Positions 1-10,091 of a DNA stretch of 64,000 nucleotides are shown in pieces. A program made the position numbers and the translations under genes. This DNA is from Bacteroidia bacterium (lineage in GTDB: Bacteria; Bacteroidota; Bacteroidia; J057; JADKCL01): assembly GCA_020635905.1 (NCBI GenBank), contig JACJYV010000004.1:243142-307141 (forward strand), in the 5' to 3' direction. Under the pieces are notes generated by a model, which did no database searches, had not been told where the DNA came from, and saw only the letters and a program-made list of their open reading frames with translations. The first letter of the stretch is position 1; every line of letters starts with the position of its first letter.

Positions 1-14
1 GCACAGCTCCTTAC

Positions 15-464
15 ATGATTGTTAAATTATTTTTGGTTTGTATATCCATTCCCATGGCAATTATAGGTATGCGCAAGAAAAAACTCGTCATGCTGGTGGT
101 TCCCCTTTTGCTTTTTGGTTACGTATTTGCCGTGGCCAAAACGGACGACCTCATGCTGCGTTCATCCGCCACCAAAGAGGCGGCTGCTGAGAAAGAACTG
201 GCCTCAGAAGGCACTGACCCTGATTTGGTTCGTGGCCAGGCTGTCTATTCCACCCGTTGCCAGCTGTGCCACGGAGCAGACGGCAAACTGGGCTTTCAGG
301 GGGCAAAAGACCTGAGCCAGTCAGAATTGACGGACGCTCAGATGAGCGAAATTGTCCGCAACGGAAAAGGCGTAATGCCGGCGGTTTCTGAGCGCGAACT
401 GAGCAACGAAGACATCGCCAAAGTGATCAAATATGTCAGAACCCTGGGCAAGAAACAGGAATAA
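15..464 (+). CDS. c-type cytochrome (class I, single haem)
   Basis: 149-aa ORF with an N-terminal hydrophobic segment, one CxxCH haem motif (CQLCHG) and a downstream GKGVMP Met-ligand region. Alternative start at ATG 69 (MRKKK). Confidence 0.8.
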   Translation: MIVKLFLVCISIPMAIIGMRKKKLVMLVVPLLLFGYVFAVAKTDDLMLRSSATKEAAAEKELASEGTDPDLVRGQAVYSTRCQLCHGADGKLGFQGAKDLSQSELTDAQMSEIVRNGKGVMPAVSERELSNEDIAKVIKYVRTLGKKQE

Positions 465-467
465 TTC

Positions 468-1532
468 ATGAAAAAAAGTATTGTTTTTTTGGGGTTGGGG
501 GGAATGCTTTTAGTGGGAATGCTGGGTCTCAGTGCCACTTCTAAAGCTCCTGATTCCGCGAAAAAGGGCAAATTTATCTCCCTGGGATTTTATAACGTGG
601 AGAATTTGTTTGATCTGGCCGACGACCCGAACAAAAACGACAACGAATTTCTGCCTGAAGGTACTTATAAATGGACTCCTGAGAATTATGTGGTCAAGCT
701 GGGCAATCTGGCGCGGGCCATTTCAGACCTGGGCGACCCCGACGGACCTGAATTGCTGGGTCTGGCCGAGGTGGAAAATCGTACTGTAATCGAAGATCTG
801 ATTGCCACTCCCGCCTTGGAAAAAGGAGGTTACGACATCGTACACGCAGAATCGCCCGACGACCGTGGCATTGATGTGGCCCTCATTTATAAGAAAAAGT
901 ACTTTCGCCCTTTGGTGCAAAAGAGCCTGCGGGTGGCCATGGCCGACGTGCCTGATTTCAAAACCCGCGACATTCTCATGGTAAAGGGCATTTTTGGGAA
1001 AAAGGACACAGTTCACATTTTTGTGAATCACTGGCCATCGCGCAGGGGTGGAGAGGCCGAATCTTCCCCCAAACGTGAATTGGCTGCTTCCGTGCTGAAA
1101 TCCGCGGTTGATTCCCTGCTTCAGATCAATTCCCAGGCGAAAATTGCTATCATGGGAGATTTCAACGACGATCCCAATAATAAAAGCTTAAATGAAGTGC
1201 TGCAGGCTGCTCCTTTGGAGAACCTGAAATCAGCCAGCCTGATCAATCTGATGTATAATATGGAAGCTGAAACTGGGATGGGAACCCTCATGTACCAGCG
1301 TCAGTGGAACCTTTTTGATCAGGTAATCCTGAGCAAGGCTTTTTTTGAGCCAAAGTCCAAAAGCAGCACTTGCATACCTCAATCGGCCGGGATACATCAT
1401 CCTGAGTGGATGGAAGTCGCCGACGGCGACTGGAAGGGAGCGCCCCGCAGGAGCTACATCCGCGGCGAGTTTCTGAAGGACGGCTGCAGCGATCATTTTC
1501 CCGTGTTCGTTCATCTAACTTTGCCCAAATAA
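468..1532 (+). CDS. endonuclease/exonuclease/phosphatase (EEP) family protein, secreted
   Basis: 354-aa ORF with a signal-like N-terminus. EEP-type motifs: FYNVENLFD near the N-terminus, GDFND, C-terminal SDHFPV. Starts 4 nt after the cytochrome c stop. Confidence 0.75.
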   Translation: MKKSIVFLGLGGMLLVGMLGLSATSKAPDSAKKGKFISLGFYNVENLFDLADDPNKNDNEFLPEGTYKWTPENYVVKLGNLARAISDLGDPDGPELLGLAEVENRTVIEDLIATPALEKGGYDIVHAESPDDRGIDVALIYKKKYFRPLVQKSLRVAMADVPDFKTRDILMVKGIFGKKDTVHIFVNHWPSRRGGEAESSPKRELAASVLKSAVDSLLQINSQAKIAIMGDFNDDPNNKSLNEVLQAAPLENLKSASLINLMYNMEAETGMGTLMYQRQWNLFDQVILSKAFFEPKSKSSTCIPQSAGIHHPEWMEVADGDWKGAPRRSYIRGEFLKDGCSDHFPVFVHLTLPK

Positions 1533-1534
1533 AC

Positions 1535-2002
1535 ATGAAAAGGTCTTTTCTGACTGTTTTTGCCTGCCTTTCCCTGGTGCTGATCCTTTCCTCCTGCGGT
1601 CAGATTCTGGAGCCGGTCATCAAGGAGGTATCTTCCTTCAAACTGAAGGGAAATGGAGGCTCAGGCCTTAATTTTGAAGTGGGAGTACAGGTTTTTAATC
1701 CCAACAAAATGAAAATTTCCATGGTCAGCTACGATCTGGACATTTTTGTAAACGGAGTAAATCTGGGAAGGGCCAATTCCAAAGAAAAGCAATCCCTCAA
1801 AGGGCAGGAGCAAAAAGAAATTATGGTAAATGTCTCCACCAGCCTGATGAAACTACTCACGGGCGGGTTGGGCATGCTGGCCAATTCCAGCGGAAACCGC
1901 GATCTGCAGGTCAGGGTGAAAGGAGATATTCAGGGTTCGGCCATGGGGGTGAAGAAGAAATTTTCTTTGGATGAAGAACTTCCCGTAACCTTAAACCTGT
2001 AA
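1535..2002 (+). CDS. lipoprotein, LEA type-2 / NDR1-HIN1-like fold (tentative)
   Basis: Track ORF 1406-2002 trimmed to ATG 1535 (MKRSFLTVFACLSLVLILSSCGQ = lipobox). Beta-rich body with the pattern VSYDLDIFVNGVNLG, typical of LEA_2. Confidence 0.55.
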   Translation: MKRSFLTVFACLSLVLILSSCGQILEPVIKEVSSFKLKGNGGSGLNFEVGVQVFNPNKMKISMVSYDLDIFVNGVNLGRANSKEKQSLKGQEQKEIMVNVSTSLMKLLTGGLGMLANSSGNRDLQVRVKGDIQGSAMGVKKKFSLDEELPVTLNL

Positions 2003-2053
2003 GCTTGAAATTCCCTTTTGCTATCATATTGCTGATTTTTCCTGTGGACGCCC

Positions 2054-3718
2054 ATGTCTGAACGGAACAGCATATACTTTCCCGATCTGGCCCTGATTCT
2101 GGTAGTTTCCCTGCTTTCTTTCTTGCCCTTTTTGGGCGCTGCCCCTCTTTTTGACTGGGACGAGATCAATTTTGCCGAGGCAGCCCGCGAAATGTTGGTG
2201 ACAGGTGATTATTTCAGGGTCAGGATCAATTATGAGGTGTTTTGGGAAAAACCACCTCTTTTCTTCTGGCTGCAGGTGATTTCCATGAAAATCTTTGGTA
2301 TCAATGCCTTTGCCGCCCGCCTGCCCAATGCGCTGGTGGGGGTAGTCACCCTGCTGAGCCTCTATGTGATTGGAACCCGCCTGCGAGACCGCATTTTCGG
2401 CCTGCTGGTGGCAGGATTTTACTTTTGCAGCCTGCTGCCTCATTTCTATTTCAAAAGCGGCATCATTGACCCGCTGTTCAATCTTTTCATTTTTCTGGGG
2501 ATTATTCAATTGCTTCAGGCAGAAATGCGCAGTGAAAGAGAGGGGAAAAGGAAACACCTGGATTTTGCCCTGGCGGGCCTGTTTTTGGGCCTCGCCACCC
2601 TCACCAAAGGCCCGGTGGGCCTGCTGGTGCCAGGATTGGTCTGGCTGACCTACAAATTGCTGTATGGTTGGTTTCCTTTCCCATGGAGATCTCTTTTAGT
2701 TGGTGTGGTCGTGGGCCTGCTGGTCATTCTGACCTGGTTTGGCTCCATGCTGGTCTTTACCGCTGAAGGGCCGGCCCTGATCATGAAATTCATTGAGTAT
2801 CAATTGAGTCTGGCTTCCAGTCCCGTGGGCAACCACGGGCAGCCCTTCTTTTATCACCCACTGGTATTTTTGATTGGTTGCTTTCCCCTGGCTGTTTTTG
2901 CCCTGCGCGGCATGACCCTGCGCTTTTCCACTTCCCGCGACCGGGCGTTGAAACGCATGATGCTGGTTTTTTTCTGGGTGGTGATGATCCTTTTCTCCCT
3001 GATTACCAATAAAATCATCCATTATTCCTCCCTGACTTATTTTCCAGGTGCTTTTTTGGCCGCACTCTTCTTTTATGAGATTCTGAAGGGGCGCAAAAAA
3101 TTCACCCCTGACATGGGGCTGCATTTTGTATTGAGTGTGGCACTTTTGGGTGGGGCGACCCTTGGGATAAATTATCTTGCCTCTCACCTGCAAAACTGGG
3201 CACCCCAGGTGGAGAATCCTTACGTGAAAGGCGCCATGCAGCTTTCTGTAAGTTGGTCAGGCTGGGAATTTATCTGGGGATTGATCTTTTTGTTGGGAAC
3301 CCTGGGTGGATTAATCCTGATTTTGAAAAAGAAATGGCTGGCCTTTCTGGCTCTTCAATGCCTCGTGACTATGATCTTCATGAATGGCCTGAACAAAACT
3401 GTGGCGCCCAAAGTGGCTGAGTATTCCCAAAAAACGGCTACAGATTTTTACCGTGAGATGAAGGACAAGGATGCTTACTTTTTGGTGGCGGGTTTTAAAA
3501 GCTATGCCCAGTATTATTACGCAGAAGTAATGCCTGAGGACCGCCGTGAAATGCCTGAAGAGGAGTGGAGAACCTGGTTGATTCGGGGAAATGTGGATAA
3601 GGACGTGTACATGGTGGCGCGGAAAGATGCGATCAGTTGGAGGTTTTTTCAATGGCACAGATATTTTATCCCCATGTACGAAAAAGGGGGTTTCGTTTTT
3701 TTACTTCGAAAAAAATAA
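2054..3718 (+). CDS. ArnT/PMT-like glycosyltransferase (GT39/GT83-type, polytopic membrane)
   Basis: 554 aa with many TM helices. N-terminal PLFDWDEINFAEAAREM...WEKPPLFFWLQ loop is typical of dolichyl/undecaprenyl-phosphate sugar transferases. Confidence 0.75.
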   Translation: MSERNSIYFPDLALILVVSLLSFLPFLGAAPLFDWDEINFAEAAREMLVTGDYFRVRINYEVFWEKPPLFFWLQVISMKIFGINAFAARLPNALVGVVTLLSLYVIGTRLRDRIFGLLVAGFYFCSLLPHFYFKSGIIDPLFNLFIFLGIIQLLQAEMRSEREGKRKHLDFALAGLFLGLATLTKGPVGLLVPGLVWLTYKLLYGWFPFPWRSLLVGVVVGLLVILTWFGSMLVFTAEGPALIMKFIEYQLSLASSPVGNHGQPFFYHPLVFLIGCFPLAVFALRGMTLRFSTSRDRALKRMMLVFFWVVMILFSLITNKIIHYSSLTYFPGAFLAALFFYEILKGRKKFTPDMGLHFVLSVALLGGATLGINYLASHLQNWAPQVENPYVKGAMQLSVSWSGWEFIWGLIFLLGTLGGLILILKKKWLAFLALQCLVTMIFMNGLNKTVAPKVAEYSQKTATDFYREMKDKDAYFLVAGFKSYAQYYYAEVMPEDRREMPEEEWRTWLIRGNVDKDVYMVARKDAISWRFFQWHRYFIPMYEKGGFVFLLRKK

Positions 3719-3900
3719 GTGTAACTTTAGCAGAGACACGGCGTAAGCCAACGATGGGATTTTTTGCATTTATTTTTCAGTCTGGTTTAAAAAATTAGCC
3801 GAAGAGAAAAGAGAAAAGCCGGACTGCAGTTTTGATTAATCCGTGCCGTGGATTGATCTCTAAGGTAACTTGCTGTGCAGGCTTTGCTCACGCAAAGCGA

Positions 3901-5142
3901 ATGAGTTCAACAAAACCGTTAGCGCCTACTTCGGCCGATAAGCAGAATAAATTACTGCAACAATTTACACCCCGCCGCATTATCTGGCCGGTGTTGATTG
4001 GCCTTTCAATTTCTGGTTTCCTCATTTGGAGAAATTTTGATCCCGCAGCCTTTGGCAGCGTTAACTGGTCATTGGGTACCTTTGGCTGGCTGTTTGTAGG
4101 CCTGCTGATGGTGGGAGTGAGGGAAACGGCCTACATTTACCGCATCCGTCTCCTTACTGATTTTCAACTCAGTTTCAAACGGGGTGCGATCGTCATCTTC
4201 TTGTGGGAATTTGCCTCCGCCGTGACTCCGTCCATTGTGGGCGGCACGGCCTTTGCCCTGTTCTTGCTGGCCAAAGAAAAGATCAATGCCGGGCGTTCCA
4301 CTGCGATTGTCCTCCTCACGGCCTTCCTCGACGAACTATTCTTTGTGCTCATGGTGCCCGTATTCCTGCTGGTGGTGGGTTACAGGCAAATGTTCGAATT
4401 CCTGGGCAACCTTTCAGATGATACTTCCTTCCTGGGAATGGGCCTGTCCTCCATTTTCTGGCTGGGATACATCTTTTTATTCGTTTACACGGTTTTTCTG
4501 GCCTACGGCCTGTTTATCAATCCCAAATCCCTCAGCAATTTCATCAAGGTGGTTTTCAGGATTGGCTTCCTGAAGCGCTGGCGCGAAGGCGCGGAGAAGG
4601 CAGGCGAGGACCTGATCGTGGCTTCCGCTGAAATGCGGGGTAAATCAATGGTCTTCTGGCTGAAAGCCTTTGGCTCCACCTTATTGACCTGGACAGGTCG
4701 CTACCTCATCATCAACGCCATTCTGGCTGCATTTGCCCATACCGTGACCATCGATCACCTGATAGTATATTCCCGCCAGATTTACATGTGGGTGATTCTG
4801 CTCATTCCTGTAAGTCCGGGTGGAGCGGGCATTGCTGAGTTTATTTTCGGTAAATTTCTGGGCGAATTCATTGAAAATAAGGGTATGATTGACCCCATTG
4901 GGTTGCTTTGGCGTCTGTATGGGTATTACCCATTTCTGATTGCGGGTGCTATTCTCCTGCCCCGCTGGATTCGTGATAAATTTGCCACCAGCGACGAAGA
5001 GACCGATCCCATCCCTGCTGAAGCTTTGCAGGACAAAGAAATCGAGGCAGCAATTGATCCTGAAATCCTTCTGGATACGGCTTACCACAATGGCCAGAAT
5101 GGCCACAGCAAGGAAAAGCACACAGGACCAACAGTTTATTAG
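3901..5142 (+). CDS. flippase-like / lysylphosphatidylglycerol-synthase TM-region family membrane protein (UPF0104-like)
   Basis: Track ORF trimmed to ATG 3901 (MSSTKPLAP). Polytopic, with the PVSPGGAGIAEF motif typical of this family. Acidic C-terminal tail. Confidence 0.6.
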   Translation: MSSTKPLAPTSADKQNKLLQQFTPRRIIWPVLIGLSISGFLIWRNFDPAAFGSVNWSLGTFGWLFVGLLMVGVRETAYIYRIRLLTDFQLSFKRGAIVIFLWEFASAVTPSIVGGTAFALFLLAKEKINAGRSTAIVLLTAFLDELFFVLMVPVFLLVVGYRQMFEFLGNLSDDTSFLGMGLSSIFWLGYIFLFVYTVFLAYGLFINPKSLSNFIKVVFRIGFLKRWREGAEKAGEDLIVASAEMRGKSMVFWLKAFGSTLLTWTGRYLIINAILAAFAHTVTIDHLIVYSRQIYMWVILLIPVSPGGAGIAEFIFGKFLGEFIENKGMIDPIGLLWRLYGYYPFLIAGAILLPRWIRDKFATSDEETDPIPAEALQDKEIEAAIDPEILLDTAYHNGQNGHSKEKHTGPTVY

Positions 5143-5256
5143 AAAATAGCCGTCAGCGATCAGCGTTCAGCCTAAACAGGAACTGGAAGATACTCACCCA
5201 AAATGGATCAGAATCCACAACGCAACCGTAAACCGTAAACCGTAAACTGGCTAAAA
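5143..5256. repeat. heptanucleotide-phased intergenic tract (R1)
   Basis: Fills the gap between convergent stops at 5142 and 5257. Parses as aaaatag ccgtcag cgatcag cgttcag cctaaac ... acgcaac cgtaaac cgtaaac cgtaaac tggctaa. Confidence 0.8.
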
Positions 5257-5874
5257 CTACTTAAAAAGCCCAAAAAGCTCACCTTTCACGCGGTTAACAA
5301 TGATGCCGAGGTGTTCGGGATTGTCGCGGAAATTGAGTTCGTCGATCACAACTTCGATCTTTTTGCCGAGGTTGTAACTTTCGTACCAGGCTTCGTAGCG
5401 CTCATTGAGGCGGCGCAGGTAGTCGAGACGGATGGAATCTTCGTATTCGCGGCCACGCTGTTGAATCTGATCCACCAGACTCGCAATAGAACCACGCAGG
5501 TAAATCAGCAAATCAGGAGGCTCAACCAGCCCATTGACCGTTTCAAACAGCGCACGGTAGGTTTCGTAGTCGCGTTTGGCCATGAGGCCCATGGCATGCA
5601 GGTTGGGGGCGAAGATTTGCGCATCTTCATAGATGGTCCGGTCCTGAATGATGTTGATTCCGTGGGTACGGATATCGATGATCTTGCGGAAACGGGTATT
5701 CAGAAAGTGAACCTGCAGGTTGAAAGACCAACGCTGCATATCCGAGTAGAAATCAAACAGATAGGGATTGGTTTCGGCGTCTTCGTAATGCGGTTCAAAT
5801 CCAAGATATTTGGACAATTGAGTGGTAAGGGTGGTTTTACCTGAGCCGATGTTTCCCGCTATGGCGATGTGCAT
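5257..5874 (-). CDS. deoxynucleoside kinase
   Basis: 205 aa with the P-loop AGNIGSGKTT at the N-terminus and dNK-family body motifs (ERSIYED-like RTIYEDAQIF, C-terminal LID region). Confidence 0.85.
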   Translation of the reverse strand: MHIAIAGNIGSGKTTLTTQLSKYLGFEPHYEDAETNPYLFDFYSDMQRWSFNLQVHFLNTRFRKIIDIRTHGINIIQDRTIYEDAQIFAPNLHAMGLMAKRDYETYRALFETVNGLVEPPDLLIYLRGSIASLVDQIQQRGREYEDSIRLDYLRRLNERYEAWYESYNLGKKIEVVIDELNFRDNPEHLGIIVNRVKGELFGLFK

Positions 5875-5889
5875 TGGTCGAAATTATAG

Positions 5890-6882
5890 TTATTGGGCGT
5901 AATAGGCAAATTTATTGTAACCGATCTTTTCGCGTACCCTGGCCAGGGTTTCATAAGCCACGATACCAGCTTTCTCTGCGCCGTCGTGCAAGAGGCTATC
6001 AATCAGGCGCTTGTCCGTCATTAATTCGTTGAATTTGACCCTTTCAGCAGCAAATTTTTCCTTCATCACCTCAAAAAGTCTGGCTTTTGCATGGCCAAAT
6101 CCAATGCTTCCAGCCTGGTAGTCTTTGCGCAATTCTTCCGTCTGATCCTGGTTGGCAATCAGGGAAAAAAGTGCAAACACGGTACAGGTATCCGGGTCAA
6201 TTGGGCTGCCCATGGGCACGGTACTGGTTTTTATCCCTTTGATCCGCTTGTAAAGGCGGTTGTCGTCTTCGAAAATGTCAATGGTATTGCCGTAGGACTT
6301 GCTCATTTTGCGGCCATCCGTGCCGGGCACGATGGCGACTTCTTTTTGAATTCTTGCCTCAGGCATGATCAGGGTTTCACCGTAGGTGCGGTTGAAATTT
6401 CCACAGATGTCCCGGGTATATTCAATGTGTTGCTTCTGGTCTTTTCCCACGGGAATTACCTGAGCGTCGTACAAAAGAATATCAGCGGCCATCAGCACAG
6501 GGTAGAAAAAGAGACCGCCATTGGCCTCAATTCCCTGCTCCTTCTTGTCTTTGAAAGAGTGAGCCAGTTCAAGCCTGGAATGATTGATGAAATTGGAAAG
6601 AAACCAGCTCAGTTCAGTAACCTCAGGAATATCTGACTGACGGTAAAAGAATCCGGTTTTGGTATCAAATCCGAAAGCCAGCCAGGCTGCAGCAGTGGAG
6701 TAGGTATTTTCCCTCAGGACCTGCGGATCGTGCACGGTGGTGAGGGAATGAAAGTCTGCAATGAAGAAAAAGCATTCGTTTTGGGGATCCCGGGATAATT
6801 GAATGCCCGGAACAATCGCACCCAGAATATTTCCCAGGTGGGGAATGCCAGTACTCTGTATGCCAGTAAGAATCCTTGCCAT
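5890..6882 (-). CDS. trpS: tryptophan--tRNA ligase
   Basis: Class I aaRS motifs: TGIPHLGN (HIGH-type) and KMSKS present verbatim. Start trimmed to ATG 6882 (MARILTGIQSTG) because the longer ORF runs into the TATATTTG box at 6908-6915. Confidence 0.93.
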   Translation of the reverse strand: MARILTGIQSTGIPHLGNILGAIVPGIQLSRDPQNECFFFIADFHSLTTVHDPQVLRENTYSTAAAWLAFGFDTKTGFFYRQSDIPEVTELSWFLSNFINHSRLELAHSFKDKKEQGIEANGGLFFYPVLMAADILLYDAQVIPVGKDQKQHIEYTRDICGNFNRTYGETLIMPEARIQKEVAIVPGTDGRKMSKSYGNTIDIFEDDNRLYKRIKGIKTSTVPMGSPIDPDTCTVFALFSLIANQDQTEELRKDYQAGSIGFGHAKARLFEVMKEKFAAERVKFNELMTDKRLIDSLLHDGAEKAGIVAYETLARVREKIGYNKFAYYAQ

Positions 6883-6907
6883 GATTGGGGTTTCGTTTTT
6901 GGGGACG

Positions 6908-6915
6908 CAAATATA
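6908..6915 (-). promoter_or_regulatory. Bacteroidota-type -7 promoter box (TATATTTG) for trpS
   Basis: Perfect TAnnTTTG on the minus strand, 25 nt upstream of ATG 6882. Confidence 0.55.
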
Positions 6916-7062
6916 AATCTTATTTGGGGACAAACCTAAGTTAGAGGGGCGATTGTCGGGGTTGGATAAATTTTCTTTTCGAAATCGGAATAAATAATTA
7001 AATTTTGCCTGAAATATTTATAATTTCACACTATTGTTTAATAATTCTGATCACACGCCATT

Positions 7063-7485
7063 ATGGAACGAGCTGCCGGAGTGATATTTCTCCTGATCTT
7101 TATGATCCTGATCTTTGGAGTTCTGATACTTACCTTTGCGGGTATGTGGAAGACCTTTCAAAAGGCTGGAAAGCCTGGTTGGGGGGCAATTGTTCCCATT
7201 TACAACATCGTTTTGATGACTGAAATCGTTGGCAAACCCACCTGGTGGGTGGTTTTGTGCCTGATTCCTTATGTAAGCGTGGTATTCCAGATTATCATTG
7301 CCATCGAAATGGGCAAAGCCTACGGCAAAGGCGCTGGATTTGGCGTGGGCCTGGCGTTTTTACCCATGATTTTCTACCCGATCCTCGGATTTGGTGATGC
7401 TGAGTATGTAGGTCCCGGCGGAGTGCCTGTGGGTGGATTCCAGGGCCAGCAAGGTCAGGGTGGGGGATTCGATGAGCAATTCTGA
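7063..7485 (+). CDS. DUF5684-like small membrane protein, paralog 1
   Basis: 140 aa. Conserved FQKAGKPGWGAIVPIYNIVLMTEIVGKPTWWVVL core and a Gly/Gln-rich tail. Confidence 0.6.
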   Translation: MERAAGVIFLLIFMILIFGVLILTFAGMWKTFQKAGKPGWGAIVPIYNIVLMTEIVGKPTWWVVLCLIPYVSVVFQIIIAIEMGKAYGKGAGFGVGLAFLPMIFYPILGFGDAEYVGPGGVPVGGFQGQQGQGGGFDEQF

Positions 7486-7555
7486 TTCCGAAATTCAAAT
7501 GTTTTTTATCCTGAATGTTTGTCAAATAAATTAACAATTTAAAACTCAAATCACT

Positions 7556-7918
7556 ATGAAAGTCATTTTTTCTATTATCTACTTAGCCGTGATTATTGGT
7601 GCAATAGTCGCGCAATGGAAGATTTTTACCAAGGCTGGTAAACCCGGTTGGGCATGCCTCGTACCTATCTACAACATTATCGTACTGCTCGAAATTGTTG
7701 GACGTCCTGTATGGTGGATCGTACTCTTCCTGATCCCGATCGCCAACTTCATCGCCCTGATCCTGATCCAGCTCGATCTGGCCAAGTCTTTTGGCAAGAG
7801 CACTGGTTTCGGTCTCGGTCTGGTTTTCCTGGCCCCAATCTTCATCCTCATCCTCGGATTTGGTGATGCGACCTATGTAGGCCCCGCTGCTGCTGGTGGA
7901 GCTCAAGGTGGTCAATAA
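7556..7918 (+). CDS. DUF5684-like small membrane protein, paralog 2
   Basis: 120 aa. Same core (FTKAGKPGWACLVPIYNIIVLLEIVGRPVWWIVL), in tandem with paralog 1. Confidence 0.6.
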   Translation: MKVIFSIIYLAVIIGAIVAQWKIFTKAGKPGWACLVPIYNIIVLLEIVGRPVWWIVLFLIPIANFIALILIQLDLAKSFGKSTGFGLGLVFLAPIFILILGFGDATYVGPAAAGGAQGGQ

Positions 7919-7934
7919 TCACTGATGGAACAAT

Positions 7935-7969
7935 AAAAAAGGCGTCCTCTTGCGGGGACGCCTTTTTTT
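7935..7969. terminator. bidirectional intrinsic terminator
   Basis: A-run, GGCGTCC(TC)/(GG)GGACGCC stem, then T7-run. Lies between the convergent gene ends at 7918 and 7987. Confidence 0.75.
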
Positions 7970-7986
7970 ATGCCTTGATTTTCCGG

Positions 7987-8457
7987 TCAGAAACTGTGAT
8001 CTACATTTTGGTAAACCTGCTGTTCTCTGTATTCACCCAGCTGATTCTTGTAGTTATTGATCTTCACCCAATAAACAATCCAGCAAATAAAGCCACCCAA
8101 ACTGGTAAACCAGCCAATGAATGGAATGATGGAACAGCAATACAGGATGCAATAGGTAAGACCGATTCCGTGTCCGGGGCGCTCTTCCTGAGGCACCATA
8201 CCGCGGTCGCGGAACTCAGCAGCCAGTGAATCTGCAATGCCCGAAACCATGATAAATTGCCAAACCAGGCCAAAGAGCGGGATAAAGGTCAGCCAGACCT
8301 GGCCGGGAGTAATCTTCCTGAATTCCGGCCGGATCCGCAAAAGCGTGTTTTGCATGGTCAGCAGAAAGAAGATCATGGGAAGCAGTACGATCACGAGCAT
8401 AAAGATCAGTACAAACGCAATCATCACCCCGGAGGGTTCGCTTGAATAGGAGTCCAT
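7987..8457 (-). CDS. hypothetical membrane protein
   Basis: Track ORF trimmed to ATG 8457 (MDSYSSEPSG); the longer version reads into the MITE copy. About four hydrophobic helices. No motif I can name. Confidence 0.5.
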   Translation of the reverse strand: MDSYSSEPSGVMIAFVLIFMLVIVLLPMIFFLLTMQNTLLRIRPEFRKITPGQVWLTFIPLFGLVWQFIMVSGIADSLAAEFRDRGMVPQEERPGHGIGLTYCILYCCSIIPFIGWFTSLGGFICWIVYWVKINNYKNQLGEYREQQVYQNVDHSF

Positions 8458-8492
8458 AAGCGTTAATTTTGGTTTATGAGGTTTTAAATTAT

Positions 8493-8614
8493 GGGGACCT
8501 CTAAAAACGATGAAGATCAAGGCGGACGCAGGTGAGGAAAGCGGAGTTTACTAAGGTAAATGAGCATTTCCGAACCAAGTCCAACGCAGAGATTCGAAGT
8601 TTTTTGAGGTTCCC
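8493..8614 (+). mobile_element. MITE-like 122-bp element, copy 1
   Basis: Ends are GGGGACCTCTAAAAAC ... GTTTTTTGAGGTTCCC, which are inverted. Flanked by the direct duplication TTAT (8489-8492 and 8615-8618). Homologous to the copies at 27868 and 33034. Confidence 0.7.
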
Positions 8615-8855
8615 TTATGCAAAATTATCAATCCCTGTCTTTCCGAACAAACCATTTCTTTCTGCATTCATATTGGGACCTCCAAATATTTCTGAAAACC
8701 CGATGTTTTAGCCTCCCTTCTCACTGTTTTTCCCCTGACAAAACTTTTTTCAGGAAAAAACAGGGCCTATCCAGTTTAAACCCAGATCGGATTTTTTGGG
8801 GTTGACTATCTGAAGGAAATGTTAGAATTTGCTTCAAAATCAACGTTTTAAAGGC

Positions 8856-10091
8856 ATGATAAAAGAAAAAATGGGAATTTCCTCTGCAGAAGCCATCAGG
8901 CTGGAAGATCAGTACGGCGCTCACAATTATCATCCCCTGCCTGTGGTTTTATCCCGGGGTGAAGGGGTGTTTCTCTGGGATCCTGAAGGAAATCGCTATT
9001 TCGACTTTTTGTCTGCCTACAGTGCCGTAAACCAGGGGCATTGCCACCCCAGAATTATCAAAGCCCTGGTCGAACAGGCCTGCCAGCTCACCCTAACTTC
9101 CCGGGCCTTCCACAGCGATCAACTCGGGCAGGCTGAAAAATACCTGGCCGAAACTTTTGGCTACGACAAGGTTCTGATGATGAATTCCGGGGCAGAAGGG
9201 GTGGAAACGGCTTTGAAAGTGGTGCGCAAATGGGGCTATGAGGTGAAGGGCGTGGCTGAGAATCAGGCCAAAATCATCGTCTGTGAGAAAAATTTTCATG
9301 GACGAACCATTGGCATTGTTTCTTTTTCATCTGATCCCGAATCCAGGGGTGGATTTGGGCCGTTTTTGCCCGGATTTGAAATGATTCCCTATAATAATCT
9401 GCCGGCTTTGGAAAAGGCTCTGCAAGACCCTAACGTAGTTGGGTTTCTGGTAGAACCCATTCAGGGTGAGGCAGGTATCATGGTTCCTGATGAAGGATTC
9501 CTCAAGTCAGCTTATGATTTGTGCAAGGCTCAAAATGTGCTTTTCATCGCCGATGAAATTCAGACGGGCATCGCCCGTACTGGTAAAATGCTGGCCTGCG
9601 ACCACGAAGGCGTTCACCCGGATGTGCTCATTCTGGGCAAGGCCGTTTCAGGCGGGGTTTACCCCGTTTCTGTGGTTCTGACCCGCAACGAGGTCATGAA
9701 CGTGATCAAACCCGGTCAGCACGGTTCCACCTACGGTGGAAATCCATTGGCCTGCGCAGTGGCCAGAGCAGCCCTGGATGTGGTGAAGGAGGAAAATCTG
9801 GCTGAAAATGCTGAACGGTTGGGTAAAATTTTCCGGGACCGTATGCGGGCCATCAACCATCCCATGGTGAGCCTGGTACGGGGAAAAGGCCTACTCAATG
9901 CCGTGGTTATCCATCCTACCAACGGTTTTGAAGCCTGGGACGTTTGTCTGAAGCTCAAGGAACTCGGCCTGCTTGCCAAGCCCACCCACCGCCATATCAT
10001 CCGTTTTGCCCCGCCGCTGGTGATCACAGAGGAGCAAATTCACGAATGTTGCGACCTGATCGAGGCCGCCATCACTTCATTTAAGGTGTAG
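8856..10091 (+). CDS. rocD: ornithine aminotransferase
   Basis: Class III aminotransferase. [14 protein letters not shown]-terminus typical of OAT, DEIQTG, and a PLP-lysine context (ILGKAVSGG). Start placed at ATG 8856. Confidence 0.88.
   Translation: MIKEKMGISSAEAIRLEDQYGAHNYHPLPVVLSRGEGVFLWDPEGNRYFDFLSAYSAVNQGHCHPRIIKALVEQACQLTLTSRAFHSDQLGQAEKYLAETFGYDKVLMMNSGAEGVETALKVVRKWGYEVKGVAENQAKIIVCEKNFHGRTIGIVSFSSDPESRGGFGPFLPGFEMIPYNNLPALEKALQDPNVVGFLVEPIQGEAGIMVPDEGFLKSAYDLCKAQNVLFIADEIQTGIARTGKMLACDHEGVHPDVLILGKAVSGGVYPVSVVLTRNEVMNVIKPGQHGSTYGGNPLACAVARAALDVVKEENLAENAERLGKIFRDRMRAINHPMVSLVRGKGLLNAVVIHPTNGFEAWDVCLKLKELGLLAKPTHRHIIRFAPPLVITEEQIHECCDLIEAAITSFKV

Noticed and set aside
8458-8520. 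N-terminal extensions MIFIVFRGPHNL (8520), MIFFVFRGSLYYLHP (27895) and MEFPKENKLK (33144) that look like a conserved peptide shared by three unrelated genes.
   Set aside because: The similarity arises because all three read into copies of the same 122-bp MITE-like element. Downstream ATG codons give normal N-termini, so these are repeat-derived artefacts and not a shared leader peptide.
8533-8545. GAGGAAAGCGGAG inside MITE copy 1, resembling the RNase P RNA GAGGAAAGUCCGGGC box.
   Set aside because: Only a 9-nt coincidence. The surrounding sequence is a repeated 122-bp element without the P4 or other RNase P helices.
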